Position numbers and translations under genes: made by a program | The notes under the pieces: model-generated | Told to the model about the DNA's origin: nothing | The model's database searches: none | Seen by the model: the letters and a program-made list of their open reading frames with translations, nothing else | Assembly (NCBI GenBank): GCA_902621725.1 | Contig: CACNND010000002.1 | Span: forward strand, 49-64,048 | Source of the DNA: an uncultured Alphaproteobacteria bacterium | GTDB lineage: Bacteria; Pseudomonadota; Alphaproteobacteria; HIMB59; GCA-002718135 | Length of the DNA stretch: 64,000 nt | Reading direction: 5' to 3' | Shown here: piece after piece, positions 11,480 through 20,017 of the stretch | How positions within the stretch are numbered: position 1 is the stretch's first letter | Layout: each line of letters starts with the position of its first letter

Positions 11480-12151
11480 TCAAAGGATTTCTTTTATATT
11501 ATTTAAAAGTTTCACCATTTTATTTTGATTTATTCGTCCAGTATTAACATTTCTTGGACTTGGGTGATAACTTCCAACTAGAAACTTATTGTCTGGTAAA
11601 ATATTTTTTGAACCATGAGAGAAAATAAAATCTTTGTTTTTAATTTGATAGTATTGTTTATAATAATTTAGACAAGCATCATAACCAATTTTTCCTAGAG
11701 CAACTATAACCCGAACATTCTTTAAATAACCTATTTCTTTATTAAAATAATTAAAACAAGTTTTTAATTCTTTTGAAGTAGGCTTGTCTCCAGGTGGCAC
11801 GCACTTAAGTGCAGTTGTTAAATACATATTTCTTAATCTTAAACCATCATCTTTATTTATAGAATTTGGTTGATTTGCAAATCCAGTTTTATATAAACAA
11901 GAAAATAAGAAATCTGCAGATTTATCACCTGTAAATACACGACCCGTTCTATTTCCTCCATGAGCAGCAGGGGCAAGACCTACCATTAATAATTTTGCAT
12001 TTTGATCTCCGTAACCAGTAATAGGCTTACCCCAATATATTTGATCAATGTATTGTTTTCTTTTCTCTTTGGCAATTTTTTCACGGAAATTAACTAAGCG
12101 TTCACACTTAGTGCAATGAATTATTGTTTTATTTAAATTACTTAATGTCAT
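11480..12151 (-). CDS. uracil-DNA glycosylase superfamily protein (family 4/5 type)
   Basis: 223 aa with CxxC near the N-terminus, motif A GLAPAAHGGNRTGRVFTGD and motif B HPSPRN. Confidence 0.8.
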   Translation of the reverse strand: MTLSNLNKTIIHCTKCERLVNFREKIAKEKRKQYIDQIYWGKPITGYGDQNAKLLMVGLAPAAHGGNRTGRVFTGDKSADFLFSCLYKTGFANQPNSINKDDGLRLRNMYLTTALKCVPPGDKPTSKELKTCFNYFNKEIGYLKNVRVIVALGKIGYDACLNYYKQYYQIKNKDFIFSHGSKNILPDNKFLVGSYHPSPRNVNTGRINQNKMVKLLNNIKEIL

Positions 12152-12184
12152 TTGGAAAATATATATTTATATTACAGCTACGTG

Positions 12185-12745
12185 ATGAATGAAAGAGCTA
12201 AAGCCATCTTAGATTTTTGTTTTGTTGAAACAAAAATTGATCAATGGTTTCAGAAAAATAATGATTTTGATAACATTTTAAAAGATAACTTTATGAATGA
12301 TTATTTAAAAGCAATAAACAATGATTATGATAATTGGATTGATAGCGCAGAAGAGTGTGTTGCTCTTGTAATACTACTTGACCAATTATCGAGAAATTTT
12401 TTTAGAAATAGTTTCAAGGCATATTCACATGATACAAAATGTATAATGATTGTTAAGGAAGCAATTAAAAAAAAATATTTGGAAAATTTAAGTCATGACA
12501 AAATTCATTTTTTATTATTACCTTTAATACATAGTGAAAATATAGTTGATCATAATCTTGGACATAAACTAGTAGATAAATATTTAAAAGAGCACCCAGA
12601 ATATCCAAAAATAAAAAAAGCTTGGAATGATCATTCTGTTGCAATTAAGAAATTTGGAAGATATCCCCATAGAAACAAAATATTGAAAAGAAAATCAACT
12701 TCTATGGAAGAAAATTTTTTAAAACAACCAAATAGCTCTTGGTAA
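12185..12745 (+). CDS. DUF924-family protein
   Basis: The LDQLSRNFFRNS core and overall pattern are typical of DUF924. The track ORF starts at a TTG at 12152, abutting the divergent gene. The first ATG (12185, MNERAK...) is the more plausible start. Confidence 0.7.
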   Translation: MNERAKAILDFCFVETKIDQWFQKNNDFDNILKDNFMNDYLKAINNDYDNWIDSAEECVALVILLDQLSRNFFRNSFKAYSHDTKCIMIVKEAIKKKYLENLSHDKIHFLLLPLIHSENIVDHNLGHKLVDKYLKEHPEYPKIKKAWNDHSVAIKKFGRYPHRNKILKRKSTSMEENFLKQPNSSW

Positions 12746-14755
12746 TTACCTAAGGCTAGCTTCTATATTACCACCATCTACAGTTATAATATTGGCAGTT
12801 GTTTTTTTTAATAATGTTTGTGCAAAAAAAGCTTGAGCAACATCTTCTGCCAAAACTTGAGTTTCAAGTAAATTATTTGAAAGATATTTCTGTTCACTTA
12901 GACCTCTTGCATTTGCTCGTTGAGAAATTAGTTTTTTTGTTAATAAACCACTTACAATTCTATCAGCGTTTATACCATTGACTCTTATATTGTATTTTCC
13001 ACATTCAAGCGCATATTGTTTCATTAAAAAAAGAGTGCTCGATTTTGCAAGCCCATATGGACCAAAGTTTTTTCCAGGATTTATAGCTTGTTTTGATAAA
13101 TTATATAAAATCAATCCCCCAATATTTTGCTTCTTCATGGCTTGTACAACTAATTGTGAAATATTTTGATGGGATAAAAAATTTATATCATAACTATTTT
13201 TGATTATTTTTGAGTTTACACTTTCAATTGCACCTTGAAATGCCATACCAGCATTTGAAATTAGAATATCTATGCCACCAAAATTTAAAATAATTTTTTC
13301 AAATTCTTTTTTTAGTTTTTTAATATTTGTAAGATCAACATTGATTGAGTAACAATCTTTAAGATTATTCTCTTCTAAAAGTTTTTTGTTATATTTTTTA
13401 TCAATTAGAATTATGTTAGCTCCTTCGTGCTTAAATTTTTTTGCTATGGCCATTCCAATAGTGCCTCCACCGCCAGTAATAATGACATTATTGCCTTCTA
13501 AAGATTGAGGTTTTGCAATATTTAATTTAGCTCTCTCTAGTGGCCAATACTCCATCTTGAAAATATCATTCTCTTTAATTGATCTAAATTTACCAATTTT
13601 TTCAGCATCTAGAATCGATGATGCCATAGACTTAAATACATCATACGAAATTTTTTGATCTTTTAATTTTTTACCAATTGATATTATTGCCAATCCTTCT
13701 AATACAATAATTCTAGGTAGTGGATCAGTGGTTTTACAATTTTTTACTAAATTTTTATTTTTTAAAAAATATTTTTTATATTCTTTACAATATTTATTAA
13801 TTTCATGATTTATTTTATACAAATTATTTTTATCGATGACTAAAATTTTTGATTTTATTCTAATCACATGATCCGGTGTAACTGGTCCTTTATTTAATAG
13901 AGTTTTAATATTTTTTGTAGAAGCGATACTTGTATCATCATATTTGCTATGAAATTTGATAATCCATTTATCATTTGAATGATAAGAAAAACTTCTTCTT
14001 ATAGAAAGAATTAAATCTGAAATATTGAAATTTAATTTACTATTATATTTCTTTAATTGAATTTTATTTTTAGAGATATATTTTTCTACATCACTTACAA
14101 ATTTAATCATTCTTTCGTAGCTTTCTTTTGCATTATTACCAAAGGTGAATATACCGTGATTGATTAGAGCTAGTCCTTCGATATTTTGATTTTTATTGAA
14201 AACTTTTAAACATTCTTTTGCTAATGAAAAACCTGGCATAATATAAGGTACAATTCCAATTTTATTTCCAAATATCTTTTTTATTAAAGCTTTAGAATTT
14301 GGCTGATTTAATATACTTAAAAAAGCATTGGAATGGGTATGATCTACAAATTTAAACGGTAAGTAAGCATGTAAAAGAGTTTCAACCGATGGATTAGGTG
14401 AACCAGAATTAATTAGATTTGATCTAAGGCAATTAACCATATCATTATCATTTAATTTTGTTAATTTTGCTGTTTCTAAAAGGGGGTCTAGGTATAAACC
14501 AGGCATACCATTTTCATTTAAGTTAGACATATCCCATCCACTTCCTTTAACATAAATAAGTTTTACATTTTTATTAAATAAATCTTTTCCTTCTGATTTT
14601 ACTGATGAATTTCCACCACCATGTAAGACGAGTTTAGTGTTATTCCCTAACAAATGTGTTGTATAAATTCTTAAAGCAAGATCCCTACTGACATTTTTCT
14701 TTTTATAATGATTTACATATTTTTGTGCAGTCTTATTGTTCCATAGACTTTTCAT
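12746..14755 (-). CDS. bifunctional class II aldolase / short-chain dehydrogenase (YuxG/RhaEW-like fusion)
   Basis: 669 aa. The N-terminal half has LHGGGNSS, the Zn-ligand motifs VDHTHS and INHGIFTFG. The C-terminal 250 aa form a classical SDR with TGGGGTIGMAIA, NAG and the catalytic YGLAK. Confidence 0.8.
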   Translation of the reverse strand: MKSLWNNKTAQKYVNHYKKKNVSRDLALRIYTTHLLGNNTKLVLHGGGNSSVKSEGKDLFNKNVKLIYVKGSGWDMSNLNENGMPGLYLDPLLETAKLTKLNDNDMVNCLRSNLINSGSPNPSVETLLHAYLPFKFVDHTHSNAFLSILNQPNSKALIKKIFGNKIGIVPYIMPGFSLAKECLKVFNKNQNIEGLALINHGIFTFGNNAKESYERMIKFVSDVEKYISKNKIQLKKYNSKLNFNISDLILSIRRSFSYHSNDKWIIKFHSKYDDTSIASTKNIKTLLNKGPVTPDHVIRIKSKILVIDKNNLYKINHEINKYCKEYKKYFLKNKNLVKNCKTTDPLPRIIVLEGLAIISIGKKLKDQKISYDVFKSMASSILDAEKIGKFRSIKENDIFKMEYWPLERAKLNIAKPQSLEGNNVIITGGGGTIGMAIAKKFKHEGANIILIDKKYNKKLLEENNLKDCYSINVDLTNIKKLKKEFEKIILNFGGIDILISNAGMAFQGAIESVNSKIIKNSYDINFLSHQNISQLVVQAMKKQNIGGLILYNLSKQAINPGKNFGPYGLAKSSTLFLMKQYALECGKYNIRVNGINADRIVSGLLTKKLISQRANARGLSEQKYLSNNLLETQVLAEDVAQAFFAQTLLKKTTANIITVDGGNIEASLR

Positions 14756-15834
14756 ATCTCTTTTAAACCTTTTATTGATTTTTCATTAGCATCAATAACA
14801 CCTTTTTCAGTAATTAACTTAGAAATATATTTTGATGGAGTAACATCAAAAGCATAATTGACTGATTTAGAATTTTCAGGCACAATTTTTATAGTACTAA
14901 TTTTTTTGTTTTCATCAATACCTGTCACTTGACTTACTTCTTTAGGATCTCTTTCTTCAATAGGAATATCAGAGATACCATTACGAACATTAAAATCTAT
15001 ACTTGATGTTGGAGCTGCTACATAAAATGGAATATTGTTATCAGCAGCCGCTAAAGCTTTCAAATAAGTTCCAATTTTATTACATACATCACCAGTTAGA
15101 GTTGTTCTATCTGTTCCAACTATACACATGTCTACTAAATTATGTTGCATAAGATGACCGCCCACATTATCAACAACAAGTGAGCAGTCAATGTTCTCAT
15201 TAATTAGCTCCCAAGCAGTTAAATTAAATCCTTGATTCCTTGGTCTGGTTTCATCTACCCATACATGTATTGGTATTTTATTATTATTCGCTTTAAAAAT
15301 TGGTGCTAGAGCCGTACCCCATTCCACTGCTGCTAACCAACCAGCATTACAATGAGTTAAAATATTTATTTTGGATTTTTTTTTATCATAAATTTTTTTT
15401 ATCAATTCCAGTCCATAATCTCCTATATTACTACAAGCTTCAATTTCATCCTGCCTTATCTTTTTAGCCATATTTAGGATGTGGTTAGCACGATCTTCTT
15501 TATTAATATCTTTTATTTCCAAATTAATTTTATTAATTGCCCAACTAAGATTTACTGCAGTAGGTCTTGATTTTAAAAGAAAGTCCGATGATTTACTTAG
15601 ATACTCTAATGAGGGGTCCTCTAATGCGGCAATATACATACCGAAAGCAGCAGCGACACCAATTAAAGGCGCACCTCTAACTTGCATCTCTTTAATAGCA
15701 AATTCAACATCATTAACTGTATTTAATGTAACTATTTTTAATTCATGAGGAAGGAGTCTTTGATCTATAATTTTTACTTTCTGATTGTCTGATTCTATCC
15801 AAATGGTTGTAAAGTTTGAACCATTAACAAGCAT
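14752..15834 (-). CDS. mtnA: S-methyl-5-thioribose-1-phosphate isomerase family (MtnA/DrdI-like)
   Basis: 360 aa with VRGAPLIGVAAAFG, THCNAG and VGTDRT...GD motifs of the eIF-2B-like MtnA family. Overlaps the aldolase-SDR start by 4 nt. Confidence 0.85.
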   Translation of the reverse strand: MLVNGSNFTTIWIESDNQKVKIIDQRLLPHELKIVTLNTVNDVEFAIKEMQVRGAPLIGVAAAFGMYIAALEDPSLEYLSKSSDFLLKSRPTAVNLSWAINKINLEIKDINKEDRANHILNMAKKIRQDEIEACSNIGDYGLELIKKIYDKKKSKINILTHCNAGWLAAVEWGTALAPIFKANNNKIPIHVWVDETRPRNQGFNLTAWELINENIDCSLVVDNVGGHLMQHNLVDMCIVGTDRTTLTGDVCNKIGTYLKALAAADNNIPFYVAAPTSSIDFNVRNGISDIPIEERDPKEVSQVTGIDENKKISTIKIVPENSKSVNYAFDVTPSKYISKLITEKGVIDANEKSIKGLKEI

Positions 15835-16673
15835 TACTTCTGCTCAACGCCAGTTAGAGCGCTAACAAACTGTTTTTGAAACATGTAAATAAATACTAAA
15901 GGTAAGAATCCTGCAATAGAAGATGCAGCAAACTGTTGATTCCATACCATTTCATATTCCGTTGAAAATCTTCCAAGTGTTACCTGTATTAAATGAAGTT
16001 CGGGTGATGGTGCTGCTATCAAGGGCCATAGGTAAGATTCCCATTGGAAAACAAAAAGTAGTAATCCAGCACCAAGAGTAACTGGTACAGAAAGAGGAAG
16101 ACAAATTCTCCAAAAAACACCAAACCAACTTAATCCATCAACTCTAGCTGCTTCTATCAGTTCTTTTGGGATACCTAAAAAAAATTGCCGATAAAGAAAA
16201 ATAATCAACCCATTTGCTAACATAGGAATTATTAATGCATAAAAAGTATCAAACCATCCTATTTGTCTCATCATTTTAAATAAAGGAATTGCAATTGCAT
16301 CGGCAGGAACAGCAAAAGAAAGAAGAACAAAACCAAAAATGATATTATCTCCCTTAAATCTAAATTGAGCAAATGCAAAACCAGCCATCGAATTTATTAG
16401 TAACCCTCCAGCAACAGAGGTTATGGAAACAAAGAATGTGTTTAACATCGAACGACCAAAATCATTTTCAAAAATTGCAAAATACGACTCTAATGAAAAA
16501 CCAGGCAAAAAAGCTCTAATATTTATTGGAGCAAGATCTCTAAAAATATCAGAGTTACTTTTGAATGAAGCAGCTACACCCCACCAAAAAGGAAGAATTG
16601 TTATAATTAAACCAATAAAAATAACCAGGTACCATAAATAAACTGACCATTGTCTTTTAAAATGCATGATCAT
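15834..16673 (-). CDS. carbohydrate ABC transporter permease
   Basis: 279 aa, 6 TM helices, EAA loop EAARVDGLSWFGVFWRICLP (MalG-like). Confidence 0.85.
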   Translation of the reverse strand: MIMHFKRQWSVYLWYLVIFIGLIITILPFWWGVAASFKSNSDIFRDLAPINIRAFLPGFSLESYFAIFENDFGRSMLNTFFVSITSVAGGLLINSMAGFAFAQFRFKGDNIIFGFVLLSFAVPADAIAIPLFKMMRQIGWFDTFYALIIPMLANGLIIFLYRQFFLGIPKELIEAARVDGLSWFGVFWRICLPLSVPVTLGAGLLLFVFQWESYLWPLIAAPSPELHLIQVTLGRFSTEYEMVWNQQFAASSIAGFLPLVFIYMFQKQFVSALTGVEQK

Positions 16674-17569
16674 TTAACTTTTATACCTTCGTTTTTTTCG
16701 CTTAAAAATAATAACTGCAAACCTATAACAATTAGTGTTATTACAGTAAGGATAGTAATTATTGAAAGTGACCTTCCCCAATCCTGATAATAAAAACCAC
16801 TTCTATAACCTTCATAAATTAAAACATTCGTAGATTGTAATGGGCCACCTTTAGTTAAAATAATCATAGGCACCATTAAAACAAAATTTGCTGCTGTATC
16901 TGCTACGAAAACAAAAAGTATTGTTCTTTTTAATTGTGGGATCGTAACATATCTAAATTTTTGAAAAGGTGTTGCACCATCAATCTCTGCAGCCTCGTAG
17001 TATTGTTTAGGAATATCCTCCAGTCCTGCCAATAAGAACAGCATCCAAAATGCTACACCTTTCCAAGTAGCAATTGCAATTATGCACCATAAGGCTTGAT
17101 TTTCACTAACCAAGAAAGGTTGTGGAGGAATTCCAAAAAATCCAATTAGACCATTAATTAATCCTTGGTTTGGATCTAACATTAGACCCCAGATAATTGT
17201 AGCAATAGGAAGTGCAATCCCAATTGGTAGTAGATAAAGTGATCTAATAATTCTTATAAATTTTGACTTCCTCATCAATAATAATGCTAATCCCAATGAC
17301 ATAGCGATTTGAAGAGGGTTGATAATAATTGTTAAAAAAGCAGTTATTTCAAGAGATTTCCAAAATATTTTATCATCAAATAAATATTGATAATTTTCAA
17401 ACCAAACAAAAATTCTTTTTTCAGCACCACCACTAAAACTGGTGTAGATAAGGCTTTCCCAAAAGCCAATAAAAATAGGGTAAAGTTTAAAAGCAATAGT
17501 TCCAATAAGAGCTGGTGCTAAAAAAAGGTATGGAACCATCCATTGTCTTTTAAAAAAATTCATACTCAA
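16670..17569 (-). CDS. carbohydrate ABC transporter permease
   Basis: 299 aa, EAA loop EAAEIDGATPFQKFRYVTIPQL (MalF-like). Confidence 0.85.
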   Translation of the reverse strand: MSMNFFKRQWMVPYLFLAPALIGTIAFKLYPIFIGFWESLIYTSFSGGAEKRIFVWFENYQYLFDDKIFWKSLEITAFLTIIINPLQIAMSLGLALLLMRKSKFIRIIRSLYLLPIGIALPIATIIWGLMLDPNQGLINGLIGFFGIPPQPFLVSENQALWCIIAIATWKGVAFWMLFLLAGLEDIPKQYYEAAEIDGATPFQKFRYVTIPQLKRTILFVFVADTAANFVLMVPMIILTKGGPLQSTNVLIYEGYRSGFYYQDWGRSLSIITILTVITLIVIGLQLLFLSEKNEGIKVK

Positions 17570-17613
17570 TTAAAAGATATCACGCGGTAATAACCGCGTG
17601 ATAAAAATATTTA

Positions 17614-18873
17614 TTATTTATAACGTCTCATAGAAGATTCAATTCTAGACTCAGCATCTGCTAAAACAGAAGCTGGGTCTCCACCATTTCTTATATCTTC
17701 AAAACTAGTGTTAACTATTTCTTCAAATTCTAAGAAACCAGGTGTTCTTCCTCTAGTAGCACAATGGTTTGCTGACTCATATGTTGCAAGATTCATAACA
17801 ATTCCTGGGAAGTTGTTAAATTTCGGATCTTCAGCAACATGGAGTATTGCAGAGTTGTGTGCTGGTAAAGAATTGTGCTCTTCAACATAATGAATTGCTA
17901 CTTCTGGACTTGCAGTTAAATATCTAACAAGTTTAGCAGCATCATCTTTTTGTTTTGAATAATTCCAAACACCAATGTGCCAGCTATTACAACCAGTAAC
18001 AACTTTTCCACCTTCAAAATAAGGGTGAAGAGCTACACCATAATTAAGATCTGTATCAGCCCATCTTCCATTATTCCAAGATCCACCAACAAATATTCCA
18101 ATTTTACCTAAACCAAATAACTCATGAGTTTGGTCAGGTCCTACTCCTTTTGGAGAAATATTAGAAGTGTTGTGGATGTCATAATAAAACTGACCAGCTT
18201 TCATCCATCCATCATTTGTTAAGCAGCCCTTAACAGATAGTCCGCCCTCACAAACTCCAGATCCACCACCAGCAGATTCAGGTAGTGCTTGTAACTGATA
18301 ATATCTACTAATTTGATCAAAAATGAATCCATGGATACCATTTGCTTCATCAGTTATTTTTTTTGCACAATCAACTATTTCTTCCCAAGTTACTCTTTCT
18401 GCTTCAATCATTGAAGGCTCAGCGCAACCTGCTTTAGCAAGTAAATCTTTATTATAATAAGTTAGCTGACCAGAGTTATTTAGTGGAGGAGCATACATTT
18501 CTCCATTCCATGAAGCTGCAGCGATACCAGCAGGAGCGAATATTGCATTAACACTAGTGTCTGCAAAATATTGATCCATTGGACCTATCATACCTCTTAC
18601 TGCATATGATGGAACTAAAGGTGCATCAACAAATATGACATCAACATCATCAGCTTGTGCATTTCCTCTTACTTCAATAGTTGCCAGTAAATCTCTAAAT
18701 GGAAATGTTTGGATGTTTACCTCAATGCCTGTTTCTTTTTCAAACGCTTCAACAAAAGGTGTAAGAGGTTCCTCTGCCCACGTTCCAATAAGAAAGTTTA
18801 TTTCAGCTTTTGCACTAGTAACTATGTTACTAAATAAAAAAATAGTGCAAAGGCTTGCTAATATTTTTTTCAT
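17614..18873 (-). CDS. ABC transporter periplasmic substrate-binding protein (family 1, sugar type)
   Basis: 419 aa with a signal peptide (MKKILASLCTIFLFSNIVTSAKA). The size and composition fit CUT1-type binding proteins. It is the first gene of the importer operon. Confidence 0.85.
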   Translation of the reverse strand: MKKILASLCTIFLFSNIVTSAKAEINFLIGTWAEEPLTPFVEAFEKETGIEVNIQTFPFRDLLATIEVRGNAQADDVDVIFVDAPLVPSYAVRGMIGPMDQYFADTSVNAIFAPAGIAAASWNGEMYAPPLNNSGQLTYYNKDLLAKAGCAEPSMIEAERVTWEEIVDCAKKITDEANGIHGFIFDQISRYYQLQALPESAGGGSGVCEGGLSVKGCLTNDGWMKAGQFYYDIHNTSNISPKGVGPDQTHELFGLGKIGIFVGGSWNNGRWADTDLNYGVALHPYFEGGKVVTGCNSWHIGVWNYSKQKDDAAKLVRYLTASPEVAIHYVEEHNSLPAHNSAILHVAEDPKFNNFPGIVMNLATYESANHCATRGRTPGFLEFEEIVNTSFEDIRNGGDPASVLADAESRIESSMRRYK

Positions 18874-18952
18874 TTTATCCTCCCAGATAATTTATTTAAT
18901 TATTATTAACAAATTATAGAACAACAAGGATAATAATTTTATCAACTTTGTG

Positions 18953-18974
18953 ATGACTATTAGTCATATGACTA
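18953..18974. promoter_or_regulatory. candidate operator: ATGACTA-T-TAGTCAT-ATGACTA (three alternating half-sites)
   Basis: Read directly. 18953-18967 is a perfect 7-1-7 inverted repeat and 18961-18974 is a perfect 14-nt palindrome. It is centred in the 199-bp divergent spacer between the SBP gene and the nucleoside hydrolase gene. Confidence 0.35.
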
Positions 18975-19072
18975 AATAATTTATTCTATTAGATGTGTGT
19001 ATAAATATGAAAATATTAGATTTTTTATAAATATTGATATTAATAATTATCAAATGCTGGTAATAATTAATA

Positions 19073-20017
19073 ATGGGACATTTTGAAAAATCATTCTACC
19101 ATGAAAGAGATGACACTAATATTTTGAACCTACTAAAGCCTAGAAAAGGTAAGGTAAGGGCTGTATTAGATACAGACACTTATAATGAAATAGACGATCA
19201 GTTTGCACTTGTGCAAATGATGCTTTCAAAGGATAGAATTAAAGTTGAAGCTATATATCCAGCTCCCTTCTCAATGAATGATAGATCAGATCATCCAGGT
19301 AAAGGTATGGAATTAAGCTATGATGAAATACTAAGATGCCTTGAACGAATAAATATATCACCGGAAGGATTAGTCCATAAAGGTGTAACAGAGTATATTG
19401 GTGCAAAAAAAGAATCCATAGATGCACCTGCTGTTGATGACCTAATTAATAAAGCTAATGCAGGAAGTAAAGAAAATCCACTCTATGTAATTGCTATAGG
19501 AGCAATTAGTAATGTATCGTCAGCTTTATTAAAAGCCCCAGAGATAAAAGATAAAATTGTTGTTGTTTGGCTTGGTGGTAATGCATTGTACTGGCCTCAT
19601 TCCTATGACTATAATTTAAAACAAGATGTAGGTGGCACTCAAGTTTTATTTGATTGTGGTGTGCCTCTTGTAATGGTTCCATGTGCAGGTGTTACTACAC
19701 ATCTAACCTCTACTGTACCTGAAGTTGAAAAGTATATTGAGCCTCATGGTGAAATAGGAAAGTTTTTAGCAATGAGATTTAAAGAGTATAGTAATGATCA
19801 TAAATGTTGGTCAAAAGAATTATGGGATATGGCTGCAGTAGCTTGGGTTTTAGATGAAAAATGGACTCCAACAAATCTAATACCCTCTCCTGTACTATCT
19901 GATAACATGACATGGAGCGTTGATCAAAGAAGACATCCAATCAAAATTGTATCCATGTTAAACCGAGATGCAATTTTAAAAGATTTTGTAGAGAAGTTAG
20001 AAAAATTTAATAGCTAA
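19073..20017 (+). CDS. nucleoside hydrolase-like protein (IUNH fold)
   Basis: 314 aa with the N-terminal Asp cluster LDTDTYNEIDDQFAL, which resembles the DxDxxxDD motif of inosine-uridine-preferring nucleoside hydrolases with a 2-residue insertion. No signal peptide. Confidence 0.65.
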   Translation: MGHFEKSFYHERDDTNILNLLKPRKGKVRAVLDTDTYNEIDDQFALVQMMLSKDRIKVEAIYPAPFSMNDRSDHPGKGMELSYDEILRCLERINISPEGLVHKGVTEYIGAKKESIDAPAVDDLINKANAGSKENPLYVIAIGAISNVSSALLKAPEIKDKIVVVWLGGNALYWPHSYDYNLKQDVGGTQVLFDCGVPLVMVPCAGVTTHLTSTVPEVEKYIEPHGEIGKFLAMRFKEYSNDHKCWSKELWDMAAVAWVLDEKWTPTNLIPSPVLSDNMTWSVDQRRHPIKIVSMLNRDAILKDFVEKLEKFNS

